Position numbers and translations under genes: made by a program. A stretch of 55,349 nucleotides of DNA from assembly GCA_947629145.1 (NCBI GenBank), contig CANRCQ010000002.1:1-55349 (forward strand), in the 5' to 3' direction. The stretch comes from an uncultured Clostridia bacterium (GTDB lineage: Bacteria > Bacillota > Clostridia > Christensenellales > UBA1242). The notes below the pieces were generated by a model, which saw only the letters and a list, made by a program, of their open reading frames with translations, was not told where the DNA came from and did no database searches. Shown here piece after piece: positions 47,303-55,349 of this stretch. Position 1 is the stretch's first letter, and each line of letters opens with the position of its first letter.

Positions 47303-47350
47303 GTGTCCCCCTTTATAGCATTTGCAATAACGCGGTTTTTATATATAAAT

Positions 47351-47380
47351 ATTATAAATAAAACGCGCGCGAAAAGTCAA
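47351..47380 (-). promoter_or_regulatory. Near-consensus sigma-A promoter of the giant gene
   Basis: Minus strand TTGACT (47380-47375), 18-nt spacer (contains CGCGCGCG), TATAAT (47356-47351), about 50 nt upstream of the ATG. Confidence 0.45.
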
Positions 47381-47521
47381 ATCCATGCAAATATTTTTTA
47401 ATAAAATTAAAAATATTTTAAATTCCAAAAAAATCAATAAAAAAATATTTTGAAAATAATTTTCCTTTCGTAGTTATGTGAAATATAGCAAAAAATCAAA
47501 AAATAATAGAAAAATTGGCAA

Positions 47522-47557
47522 AAAATCAAAAAAAATGCGAAAAAAACGCATTTTTTT
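47522..47557. terminator. Terminator after spoIIID
   Basis: ATGCG-aaaaaaa-CGCAT with long A and T runs on both sides. Confidence 0.55.
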
Positions 47558-47583
47558 GAATTTTTTATATATTTTTTGAATTT

Positions 47584-47847
47584 TTATTTTTCGTGAATGT
47601 AAACTTTTCTGTATTTATTTTTTGTAGATTGCCCACCCTTGATGTGTTTTTCTTCAAAATGCTGGTCCAAAATTTTTTGAACTTGTTCATACATTTTGCT
47701 GTCAATCTTCTTTAAATGCTTTTGTAAATCATTATGCACTGTGCTTTTGCTTAGATTGAAAACCTTTGCTGTGTTTCTTATTGTTTCGTGCGAAGTGGCA
47801 ATATATCTTCCCACTTCAAGTGTGCGCTGTTTGATGTAACTTTTCAT
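47584..47847 (-). CDS. spoIIID: Stage III sporulation transcription regulator SpoIIID
   Basis: 87 aa. IKQRTLEVGRYIATSHETIRNTAKVFNLSKSTVHNDL HTH typical of SpoIIID. RBS GGAGGA. Confidence 0.92.
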   Translation of the reverse strand: MKSYIKQRTLEVGRYIATSHETIRNTAKVFNLSKSTVHNDLQKHLKKIDSKMYEQVQKILDQHFEEKHIKGGQSTKNKYRKVYIHEK

Positions 47848-47874
47848 AAATCCTCCAAAAATAAGACTTAAACT

Positions 47875-47903
47875 TATCTATGAAGGATTTTGTCAAAGTA
47901 TGA
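47875..47903 (-). promoter_or_regulatory. Candidate sigma-E type promoter of spoIIID
   Basis: Minus strand TCATACT (47903-47897), 14 nt, CATAGATA (47882-47875). B. subtilis sigma-E consensus is kmATAww-14-CATACAmT. spoIIID is sigma-E dependent in Bacillus. Confidence 0.35.
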
Positions 47904-47915
47904 CTAATTTTGTCG

Positions 47916-47946
47916 AAAAAAAAATAAAGCAACCTAAAATTGCTTT
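47916..47946 (-). terminator. Terminator after acpP
   Basis: Minus strand AAAGCAA-uuuuagg-UUGCUUU followed by AUUUUUUUUU. The stem overlaps the acpP stop codon. Confidence 0.6.
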
Positions 47947-48190
47947 ACTTTTTACATTGTTGAATAACGTTGCAAACTTGTCCAATAGTTTTAACATTGC
48001 TGATTTCTTCATCTGGAATTGTAATGCCATATTCGTCTTCAAGAGTCATAAGCATTTCAATTACATCCAAAGAGTCTGCGCCCAAATCTTCAATGATGCT
48101 TGACTCAATTTTTATCGTGTCTTTTGCAATTCCAAGTTGTTCTGCAACAACTTCTTGCACCTTTTCTAAAATAACATTGTCAATAGCCAT
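47945..48190 (-). CDS. acpP: Acyl carrier protein
   Basis: LGADSLDVIEMLMTLEDEYGITIPDEE with the phosphopantetheine Ser in DSLD. ATG 48190 behind GGAGG. The track start is TTG 48196. Confidence 0.85.
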   Translation of the reverse strand: MAIDNVILEKVQEVVAEQLGIAKDTIKIESSIIEDLGADSLDVIEMLMTLEDEYGITIPDEEISNVKTIGQVCNVIQQCKK

Positions 48191-48247
48191 CGTCAACCTC
48201 CATGGCTATATAATATCATAATTTTTTAAAAAAAGCAACTAAAAACA

Positions 48248-48805
48248 CTATTTATTTTGAAGGTCAAGATAAATGTTTGGGTCAACCGCTTTTCCATCCT
48301 TATACAACATAAAGTGTAAATGTCCGCCTGTGAGTTTTTCATTTCCTGCGGCATTGGAAGCCTTGCCAATTTGTTGCCCTTTGTTGACCTTGCCATTTTC
48401 CTGAACATTCACATCATTTTCAAGAGATGAATAAACGCTTGTAAAGCCATTGCCGTGGTCAATCTCAACAACCTTCCCTTCAAGTCCATTGCTTCTAATA
48501 GATTTTACAACTCCATCATAGATTGAAAACACATTCATGTCGTTTGACTGCAAATCTATTGCAAGATGTATCTCCCATCTTTTAAGTGTTGGATTGTCTT
48601 GAAGCCTGTCGTCTGCATAGTCCTTCACAACAGTTGCGTTGTTCATAGGCAAAACAAACTGCCCCATAACATTTGACACCTGTTGCCCCTTTGGAACACT
48701 GAATGCAATTGTAAGTGCGATTGCAAGGCAGAATACACACACAACAGCCACTGCGCCAATTCTTTTGATAAGCCCTTTAAATTTTGAGTCTTGTTTGATT
48801 TCCAT
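48248..48805 (-). CDS. Membrane-anchored M23/LytM peptidase, SpoIIQ-like
   Basis: N-terminal TM AVAVVCVFCLAIALTIAF. HLAID (HxxxD) and GGHLHF (HxH) zinc ligands intact. Lies next to spoIIID as spoIIQ does in Bacillus. Confidence 0.55.
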   Translation of the reverse strand: MEIKQDSKFKGLIKRIGAVAVVCVFCLAIALTIAFSVPKGQQVSNVMGQFVLPMNNATVVKDYADDRLQDNPTLKRWEIHLAIDLQSNDMNVFSIYDGVVKSIRSNGLEGKVVEIDHGNGFTSVYSSLENDVNVQENGKVNKGQQIGKASNAAGNEKLTGGHLHFMLYKDGKAVDPNIYLDLQNK

Positions 48806-48903
48806 AGTTTACCTCCACGCAAAGATAATTGACAGTAATTTTTTGTTTTAAACATATTTTTTCACTTTTTTAACAAAAAAAGCACGCAAAAACTATGAAA
48901 ATT

Positions 48904-48938
48904 AAAAAAATATGTAGATGTTTTTGTCATCTACATAT
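48904..48938 (-). terminator. Terminator after the Pro/Glu-rich membrane protein gene
   Basis: TATGTAGATG (48911-48920) / CATCTACATA (48928-48937). The A run at 48904-48910 is the minus-strand U tract. Confidence 0.6.
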
Positions 48939-48952
48939 AATAAAAATCACGC

Positions 48953-49273
48953 CTATATAAACATCAAATAAACAAACACCGCAAACAAAATCAAAGAAAC
49001 TGCAAATCCACTCCAATTTATAATCGCAGTTTTGTCCGTCTTTTTTTCTTCCACAGGTTCTTCAACCTGCTGTTCAACTTCCTGTTGAACTTCCTGCTGG
49101 GGTTCTTCTTGGATTGGGGTTTCTTGTGTTAAAACTTGTTCAACATCTGTTTGTTCACTGGTTTGAGAAACATCTTGCTGCGGTTCTGGTGGCCTTACTG
49201 GTGGCCTTGGTGGCAAGTCTTCTCTTCTTAGTCCCTGTGGTGGTGGTGGCATAAAAGGTTTTTTATCTTCCAT
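48953..49273 (-). CDS. Pro/Gln/Glu-rich low-complexity protein with a C-terminal TM anchor
   Basis: 106 aa. PPPPQGLRREDLPPRPPVRPPEPQQ, EEPQQEVQQEVEQQVEEPVEE, then IINWSGFAVSLILFAVFVYLMFI. Confidence 0.45.
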   Translation of the reverse strand: MEDKKPFMPPPPQGLRREDLPPRPPVRPPEPQQDVSQTSEQTDVEQVLTQETPIQEEPQQEVQQEVEQQVEEPVEEKKTDKTAIINWSGFAVSLILFAVFVYLMFI

Positions 49274-49331
49274 ATCTGTTTCCTTTTATATCATTTTAAA
49301 GCAAACAAAACAAAAAGTCCAACGTTTAGCG

Positions 49332-49883
49332 TCATTTTTGCCAAATTTCTTCGCTTTTTGTCGCTTCCAGGGTTTCAACAACCACTGTCAAGATATATTT
49401 TTCGCCACTTTCAAGGTTGTTTTGTGGAATTATACAGTAATTTGAAAAGGTTATTTTGTTTCCAACAGACAGGGTTTCGTCATAGTAATAATAGCCATCT
49501 TCCGCCTTTTCAAAGTGGGAAGTCGTCACAAAATCAAAAGGGGTTTTCTCATTAAGTCCAAAAATTTCCGCCTTTACACGCACTTTTACATCTTTATTTA
49601 AAAGTCCGCCGTTTATTTGTATCACGTGTGGAATTGTTTCATTCGGCAAATAGCTGCCGTCAAAAGTGAAAGAAGCAACACTTGTTTCATTTTCTTTGAC
49701 AGAAATGCTTACACTGTCGCCCACCACCAAGTCACTTGGGCTGGAAAGATAGGTCACCGATGAAAAATAACCTGTCACGCCCAAAATCACTGAAACGGCA
49801 AGCAAAACTGAAAGTGTAATCACGGCAAAAAGCCAACCCAAAGAAGCTTTTTTCATATAGATTAGTTTTTGTTTTAAAGGCAT
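49332..49883 (-). CDS. Secreted protein with a TasA/camelysin-like (SipW-type) signal region
   Basis: N-terminal TM followed by LGVTGYFSS, resembling the G-T-x-A-Y-F-S-D signal motif. The start may be the internal MKKASLG (49856). Confidence 0.35.
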   Translation of the reverse strand: MPLKQKLIYMKKASLGWLFAVITLSVLLAVSVILGVTGYFSSVTYLSSPSDLVVGDSVSISVKENETSVASFTFDGSYLPNETIPHVIQINGGLLNKDVKVRVKAEIFGLNEKTPFDFVTTSHFEKAEDGYYYYDETLSVGNKITFSNYCIIPQNNLESGEKYILTVVVETLEATKSEEIWQK

Positions 49884-49886
49884 TTA

Positions 49887-51242
49887 TTATACTTTTTCTG
49901 TAAGTTTTTTCTGTTTTTTGCGTCTTTTATCGCGTTCTTGACGGAAATTTTCAATCTGTGTGCGTTTAAAATCCAAACTTTCCTCTTGGAGTCCACGGCG
50001 CACTTTTATCCAGCGATATTTTCTGTTGCCATAGATTGTGTCATAACTTATAATGCCAATCCCCTGCAACAAATAGAAGTAATAAGAGCAAAATCTCCAC
50101 ATAAGAAGCGCCCAGAAAGTTGCCCCACCAAGATAAGTTTTAAACAAATATGTGAATGTGATTTCGTTCATTCCAGTTCCCCCTGGAAGTGGGATGAAAC
50201 TTGAAGCAAGTTCAATCAGCGCTGAGAATATGAAAAATTCACTGAATTTAGAGCCATCAAAGCCCATAAACGCGCAATATATAAAGAATGGAATTGTGTA
50301 AAGGCAAACAAATCTTAAAATATTAAGCACAAGTTGATAGATTATGTCGAGTTTGGCTTTGCTATATTCCTTCATGATGTTTTGATAATCTTCAACAACA
50401 CTGCGCACTTTTTCGTAGTATTTATCATAGTCTTTTAAAATTCGCATTTTGCACAAAAGTTTTATAAGCCACGCCACCAATTTCATGCCAAGTTTTTTGG
50501 ACAGTGACAAGAAAAGAAGCACCACAACCATTGCAAAACACAAAATAAATCCTATAATACTTGTGGTTGAAATGAATGCGCCCATGCCGTTTGTTTGAGA
50601 GATTATAAGGCAAATAAATGTGACAATAAGCCACGAAATATTTTGGAACAAAAGTTTTGCAATAGGGATTGAAAGGGCTGTTGATGCTGGAACATCACGC
50701 GATGTAAGATATGTCACCATAAATGCCTGTCCGCCAGAAGCAAGCGGCGTGACGGCATCATAATAGCGCATAATTCCAAGTGATTTATAAGACAGGTGCC
50801 AGCGACTTCGCATAGTCTTTCGATAAATCATTCTATGCACAGAAACAACATCTATAAACATGATAACTGCAAGCATTGCAAGTGCCGCCAAAATGTAATT
50901 ATAGTTTATTTTAAAAAGTCCAAGTGGTGTGAAATCATCTGTTGTATAGACGTTCCAAATCAAAATTGCAGCAACAAGAATTATGTTAAAAATAAAAAAG
51001 ATTATGTTTTTTATTTTTTTCTTTTTACTGGAAGAGCCGGCAACTTCTCTGGTTGCTTCTTCCATTTTTTCTTCAACTCTTTTGCTTTCTTCTGCGGAAA
51101 GTTTTTCATTTTCAATTTGTTGAAGTTTTTGTTTCTTTTTGTTTTTGATTTTGTTTTTTAATCGCGAAAAAACACCCCCACTTTTTACATTTGGGGTTTC
51201 ATCAACAACTTCTGGTTTTTCCTTGTCGATTTCTTCGCTCAT
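49887..51242 (-). CDS. LPG-synthase-TM / UPF0104 family polytopic membrane protein (flippase-like)
   Basis: Charged N-terminus, about 8 TM helices, IPLPGGTGMNE motif typical of the family. ATG 51242. Confidence 0.5.
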   Translation of the reverse strand: MSEEIDKEKPEVVDETPNVKSGGVFSRLKNKIKNKKKQKLQQIENEKLSAEESKRVEEKMEEATREVAGSSSKKKKIKNIIFFIFNIILVAAILIWNVYTTDDFTPLGLFKINYNYILAALAMLAVIMFIDVVSVHRMIYRKTMRSRWHLSYKSLGIMRYYDAVTPLASGGQAFMVTYLTSRDVPASTALSIPIAKLLFQNISWLIVTFICLIISQTNGMGAFISTTSIIGFILCFAMVVVLLFLSLSKKLGMKLVAWLIKLLCKMRILKDYDKYYEKVRSVVEDYQNIMKEYSKAKLDIIYQLVLNILRFVCLYTIPFFIYCAFMGFDGSKFSEFFIFSALIELASSFIPLPGGTGMNEITFTYLFKTYLGGATFWALLMWRFCSYYFYLLQGIGIISYDTIYGNRKYRWIKVRRGLQEESLDFKRTQIENFRQERDKRRKKQKKLTEKV

Positions 51243-51295
51243 AGTGAATATTCTAGCAAAAAAAACAACCTTTGTCAAACAAAGGCTGTTAGTTT

Positions 51296-53146
51296 TTAAT
51301 AAAGGTCTTTATAATTATCTGGATAGAACACAATTCCTGTTCCTTCGCCTGTGACCATCTCTTTTTTCAACTTTTCCATGTGAAGCGCCTGGAACGAAGA
51401 ACTGCTTGTTGAAGAAAGTTCTTCATAAAGTTTGTCAAAAAGGGTTTTGTCACTGAAAATGTTGAGTTTTGTTTGCATAAGAGTTTCAACATCTTTTTCT
51501 GTCAAACTGAAACTGCTTGTTACTGTTTTAAACACATTTTCCACATTTCCAGCAAAGAAGAACAAATAATATCCGTCATCTGCTTTTGCAAGCCTTGAAA
51601 TATCTCCAATTTTTGCTTTTCCATCATTATATAATTCTTTGATTGCTTCTTTTACATCTTCAATATCAGTGAAGGTGCTGTTTGCCAAAACTTCACCATT
51701 TTTAAAGCCAAAAACAGTGTTGACTTCGGCATTTTTAAGTGTATCATCATCGTTGTAATAGTAAAGATATTTGATAAATTTTTGTGCTTTTTCATTGGCA
51801 ATTTCTTCGTTTTGATGTTTCATATATTCAAGTTCTTCATCATTTTTTGCCGTTTTTTCATCAACATATTCGCCAGCAAGCTCGTCAATAATTTGTTCTC
51901 TAAGTTTTGTTGCGTTTGTTCTTTCAGTGAGTTTTGTAACAGTTTTTCCGTTTATAACTTCGGTTTGTTTTTCGCCAGTTTTTTCATCGCGATGTGAAGC
52001 ATAAACTTGGTCATAAACTTGAAGTTTCATCTGCTGTTCATAGTCATCTATTGTGCCGGCTTCATAATCCGTTTTTAATTTGTTCGCTTTTTCAGTGAGT
52101 TCTGCCCCAAATTCCATTTTAATATAGGCAACATTGAAAAATTGTGCGCCGTCTTCCAAAACATAGTCCATATCAGCAATGTTTGAAAGCATATTGCTTT
52201 CGTAATTACTGCTGTTCATAATTTCATAAGTTGTGTAGTCCGCAACAACTTTGTCCGCATATGCGTTCATAAGTTCTTGAACAGAAAGTGTTGAAATTCC
52301 AGTTTCGCTGGTGTAGATGTCGTTGTATTTTTCTACATAATAGTTGTCTTTCAAAATGTTGTAAACTCTGTCCATTTCAAATTTAAAACATTCTTCATCA
52401 TTTTTGAAAGTTTTATAAGAATAGTTTTCTTTGATAACTCTTATATATTCGTCAAAAGCCTTTCCCCAAAGCCTTTTGCTTTCATTGCTCTTGTCATCAT
52501 AAAGGTCTGTAAGTTTTTCATACATAACTTCTTTGTCTGGTTGAATGCCGTTTTGAATTGTTTCATAATTGCGTTTGTAATCTGGTTTAAAACCTTCTCT
52601 AACGGATTTTTCTACATTTTCTTGATTGATTTCAATTACATATTTTCCGTCTTTTTCTTTTGCAATCGCCTGTGATGTGTATTTCTTGTAAACAAGGCTG
52701 TATTCTTGTTCTTCTTCTGGCGCTGGTGGAGCGGTGATTTTGTTCACTTCAAAATATGTGTCTTTAAGTTGGTCATAAAGCGCCGACCAAGTTGACTCCC
52801 AAAGATAGGTGTATTCATTTTCCAAAAGTTCATCTTCGCCCTTTGCTGCATAATATTCTTTCACGTGCTTGATTTTGATTTTGTTGTCAACGATTGTGTC
52901 CAAAGTTGTTTCAATGGCTTGTTGAACTGAATAGCCGTAATTTTGAACATAGTTAGAGCCATAACTTGAATATGCCAACAATAAATCTCTTTTCGTGATT
53001 TCTTCATAAGTTCCATCAACATAAGAGATGGATGCAACAACAGACTCATAGTATTTTTTCAAGTCTGTTTTAAATAAATTACAGCCAGTGAGAACTGACA
53101 AACACATAATACACATTAACAGTAGCGCAACGATTTTTTTCTTCAT
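51296..53146 (-). CDS. Large lipoprotein, function unknown (SurA/PrsA-N-like position downstream of mfd)
   Basis: MKKKIVALLLMCIMCLSVLTGC lipobox. RBS GAGGAAG. 616 aa, acidic helical protein. No PPIase motif recognised. Confidence 0.5.
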   Translation of the reverse strand: MKKKIVALLLMCIMCLSVLTGCNLFKTDLKKYYESVVASISYVDGTYEEITKRDLLLAYSSYGSNYVQNYGYSVQQAIETTLDTIVDNKIKIKHVKEYYAAKGEDELLENEYTYLWESTWSALYDQLKDTYFEVNKITAPPAPEEEQEYSLVYKKYTSQAIAKEKDGKYVIEINQENVEKSVREGFKPDYKRNYETIQNGIQPDKEVMYEKLTDLYDDKSNESKRLWGKAFDEYIRVIKENYSYKTFKNDEECFKFEMDRVYNILKDNYYVEKYNDIYTSETGISTLSVQELMNAYADKVVADYTTYEIMNSSNYESNMLSNIADMDYVLEDGAQFFNVAYIKMEFGAELTEKANKLKTDYEAGTIDDYEQQMKLQVYDQVYASHRDEKTGEKQTEVINGKTVTKLTERTNATKLREQIIDELAGEYVDEKTAKNDEELEYMKHQNEEIANEKAQKFIKYLYYYNDDDTLKNAEVNTVFGFKNGEVLANSTFTDIEDVKEAIKELYNDGKAKIGDISRLAKADDGYYLFFFAGNVENVFKTVTSSFSLTEKDVETLMQTKLNIFSDKTLFDKLYEELSSTSSSSFQALHMEKLKKEMVTGEGTGIVFYPDNYKDLY

Positions 53147-53222
53147 TTTTCTTCCTCGAAATAAATTTGTCATTCTATTTTAACACACTACGCACAAATT
53201 TTCAAGCAATTCAGGGCATTTT

Positions 53223-55349
53223 TTATAATTCTTTTTTCGCTTTAGTAAACATTTCCAAAAGTAAATCAAGTTTTTCAGCAACTTTTCCCTTTGCATTTAC
53301 TTTTAAGATAGGTAAGTCTTCAAATTTTAAACAGGTATCATAAAAACCGCTAACTTTCGACAAATTTTTATCAATGATTTCTTCACTTTTATAGAAATAA
53401 ACAAGACAATCGGTTGAATTTATCGTGATTTTTTTAACATTAAAGTCACTTGCAAGGTTTTTAAGAAGCGCAATTTTGCAAAGATTTTCCACTTCAATCG
53501 GCACTTGCCCATAACTTTCGCTAAGTTGCGTTTCAATGGCTTGAAGTTCGCTCATAGAATTTATTCGGCTTATGCGGCTGTAATAGATAATTCTTTCATC
53601 TTGCGAAGAGATGTAGTCTTCACTGATAAACGCATCAAGTGTAAGTTCAAGTTTAATTTCCTTTTCTTGCCCAAGTTTTTGCCCATTAAACTCTTTTGTC
53701 ACTTCGTCTAAAAGCCTTACATACATATCATAGCCCACTTTTTGCATATGTCCGTGTTGTTCGCGCCCCAAAATATTTCCTGCCCCGCGAATTTCCAAAT
53801 CGCGTATGGCAATTTTAAAGCCGCTTCCAAGTTCGCGAAATTCTTTGATTGCTTCCAAGCGTTTAAAGGCTTCTGGCGTGAGAATTTTGTTTCCGTTGTA
53901 GGTTAGATAGGCATATGCAAGTTTGTCCGCGCGCCCTATTCTTCCGCGAATTTGATACAACTGGCTAAGCCCCAACATATCACAATCGACCACAAAAAGT
54001 GTGTTGAGTGACGGCAAATCAATGCCGTTTTCAATGAGTGTTGTGGAGATAAACACATTGTATTCGTTGTTGTAAAGTCTGTCAATCACGCTTGCAAGTT
54101 CTTTTTCTTCCATCTGGCCGTGTGCAAGCCCAATTTTTGCCTTTGGAAGCAAACTTTCCACGTGCGAACGGAATTGATAAATTTGAGCAACTCTGTTGAA
54201 TAAAACAAGCGCCTTTCCGCCCCTGGCAAGTTCACGAGAGATAACATCTTGCAAAAGTTCGTCACTGTAAGATGAAACATATGTTTGAATAGGCAGTCTG
54301 TCACGCGGCGGAGTTGCAATCACACTTATGTCCCTTATTCCAGAAAGCGACATATGAAGTGTGCGCGGAATAGGTGTTGCGGAGAGTGTCAAAACATCTA
54401 TGTCCGTCTTCATCTTTTTTATCTTTTCTTTGTCCTTAACCCCAAAGCGCTGTTCTTCATCCAAAACTAAAAGCCCCAAATCTTTGAATTTGATGTTTTC
54501 ATTCAAAATTTTGTGTGTGCCAACTAAAATATCAATCTTTCCTTCCGCAAGTCGCTTGTAGATTTCCGCCGTCTGTTTTGGTGTTTTGAAACGATTTAAA
54601 ACTTCAATCCTAAGTCCAAAGTCCTTAAATCTTGCAAGACAAGAACGATAATGTTGCTGTGAAAGTATGGTTGTTGGGCATAGAAATGCGACTTGTTTTG
54701 AATTGTAACAAGCCTTAAAAATCGCACGAAAAGCCACTTCTGTCTTGCCAAAGCCCACATCTCCGCAAATCAGCCTGTCCATGATTTTTGTGCTTTGCAT
54801 ATCACGGTCGATGTCTTCAATCGCGGAGATTTGGTCTGGCGTAAGTTCATATTCAAATGCCTGTGAAAATTGGCGTTCAAGTTCTTCATCTCGCTCAAAC
54901 ACAAATCCTTTTTTGCTTTCACGTTCTTTATATATTTTTGCAAGTTCAACGGCAATCTCTTTTAAATCCGCCTTTACTTTTTCTTTAAGCCTTGTCCATT
55001 CGTTTGAGCCAAGTGCATTTAGTTTTGGGTCTTGTGCGCCGATGTATGCCGATAGTAAATTTGCTTGTTCGGTTGGAAGATACAACAGTGCGCCGTTTTT
55101 GTATTCCAAAACAAAATAGTCTTTTTCAAAGTGAGAAAGTTTCATTCTCACAATTTCCTTGCAGCGCCCTATTCCATAGAAAGCATGGACAACAAAATCC
55201 CCCACTTTTGGAAGATAGGAAAAAGCCTTTGCGGATGTGACCTGCATCTTTTTATTTTTATACAAATCATCAGTGCCAATGCCAATTATGTCCAAATCAA
55301 GAAAACTGAAAGAATAAGGAAAATAATCCCTGCAAAGATAGATGTATGT
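53223..55349 (-). CDS. mfd: Transcription-repair coupling factor Mfd, N-terminally truncated by the right edge
   Basis: CarD/RID-like segment VGDFVVHAFYGIGRC. SF2 motifs GDVGFGKTEVA, DEEQRFGV, SATPIPRT, QLYQIRGRIGR. TRCF C-terminal domain. The frame stays open upstream of the track start (TTG 55295) to position 55349. Confidence 0.9.
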   Translation of the reverse strand, partial: TYIYLCRDYFPYSFSFLDLDIIGIGTDDLYKNKKMQVTSAKAFSYLPKVGDFVVHAFYGIGRCKEIVRMKLSHFEKDYFVLEYKNGALLYLPTEQANLLSAYIGAQDPKLNALGSNEWTRLKEKVKADLKEIAVELAKIYKERESKKGFVFERDEELERQFSQAFEYELTPDQISAIEDIDRDMQSTKIMDRLICGDVGFGKTEVAFRAIFKACYNSKQVAFLCPTTILSQQHYRSCLARFKDFGLRIEVLNRFKTPKQTAEIYKRLAEGKIDILVGTHKILNENIKFKDLGLLVLDEEQRFGVKDKEKIKKMKTDIDVLTLSATPIPRTLHMSLSGIRDISVIATPPRDRLPIQTYVSSYSDELLQDVISRELARGGKALVLFNRVAQIYQFRSHVESLLPKAKIGLAHGQMEEKELASVIDRLYNNEYNVFISTTLIENGIDLPSLNTLFVVDCDMLGLSQLYQIRGRIGRADKLAYAYLTYNGNKILTPEAFKRLEAIKEFRELGSGFKIAIRDLEIRGAGNILGREQHGHMQKVGYDMYVRLLDEVTKEFNGQKLGQEKEIKLELTLDAFISEDYISSQDERIIYYSRISRINSMSELQAIETQLSESYGQVPIEVENLCKIALLKNLASDFNVKKITINSTDCLVYFYKSEEIIDKNLSKVSGFYDTCLKFEDLPILKVNAKGKVAEKLDLLLEMFTKAKKEL

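Noticed and set aside
47361-47372. CGCGCGCG tract in an otherwise A/T-only intergenic region (possible Z-DNA or methylation site)
   Set aside because: It is only 8 nt and lies within the spacer of the predicted promoter. There is no second copy or other support.
47488-47533. Direct repeat GCAAAAAATCAAAAAA, two copies 30 nt apart, upstream of the giant gene
   Set aside because: It is A-rich low complexity in a very AT-rich spacer and overlaps the spoIIID terminator region. It cannot be distinguished from chance.
55293-55349. Apparent Mfd start at 55295
   Set aside because: It is a TTG inside an open frame that continues to the window edge, and the protein lacks the UvrB-homology N-terminal region. 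The gene is truncated by the window.
1-55349. Prophage, ICE or transposon explaining the CRISPR locus or the giant gene
   Set aside because: No integrase, transposase, recombinase or phage structural gene, and no flanking long direct repeats, were recognised. The tRNA genes at 21994-22413 have no adjacent integrase.

Overview
AT-rich chromosomal segment from an endospore-forming, low-GC Firmicute (Clostridia-like). Sporulation and germination genes are dense: spo0A, spoIIID, spoVG, sleB-ypeB, a SpoIIQ-like M23 peptidase and a LysM coat-type protein. Housekeeping genes include der, engB, plsY, murC, a murF-like ligase, ppdK, acpP, mfd, tRNA-Pro and tRNA-Val. Almost every gene is on the minus strand. 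Three things stand out. (1) 1326-7793 holds a complete minimal type II-C CRISPR-Cas9 locus. It has a 26-repeat array, cas2, cas1, a 1097-aa cas9 and a predicted tracrRNA with its own promoter and terminator. Every intact repeat ends in a perfect extended -10 box, and the array is convergent with the cas operon. A truncated SF2 helicase gene, missing from the ORF track, abuts the array at the left edge. (2) 27407-47302 is one uninterrupted 19,896-nt ORF, 36% of the window. It encodes a 6631-aa lipobox-anchored surface protein with at least ~35 GLUG-like repeats, a glycine-rich tract and an unassigned C-terminal domain. A RadC-like JAB gene follows only 22 nt downstream. (3) About 770 bp upstream of spo0A (24950-25716) is non-coding, visibly GC-richer than its flanks and packed with nested hairpins. 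It contains one copy of a ~90-nt three-hairpin element whose second copy at 26537-26626 keeps the fold with different stem sequences. It also contains two GTAG-plus-hairpin (REP-like) modules with fully compensatory stem changes. No integrase, transposase or phage genes were recognised. All calls come from reading the sequence and the supplied translations; no database search was possible.
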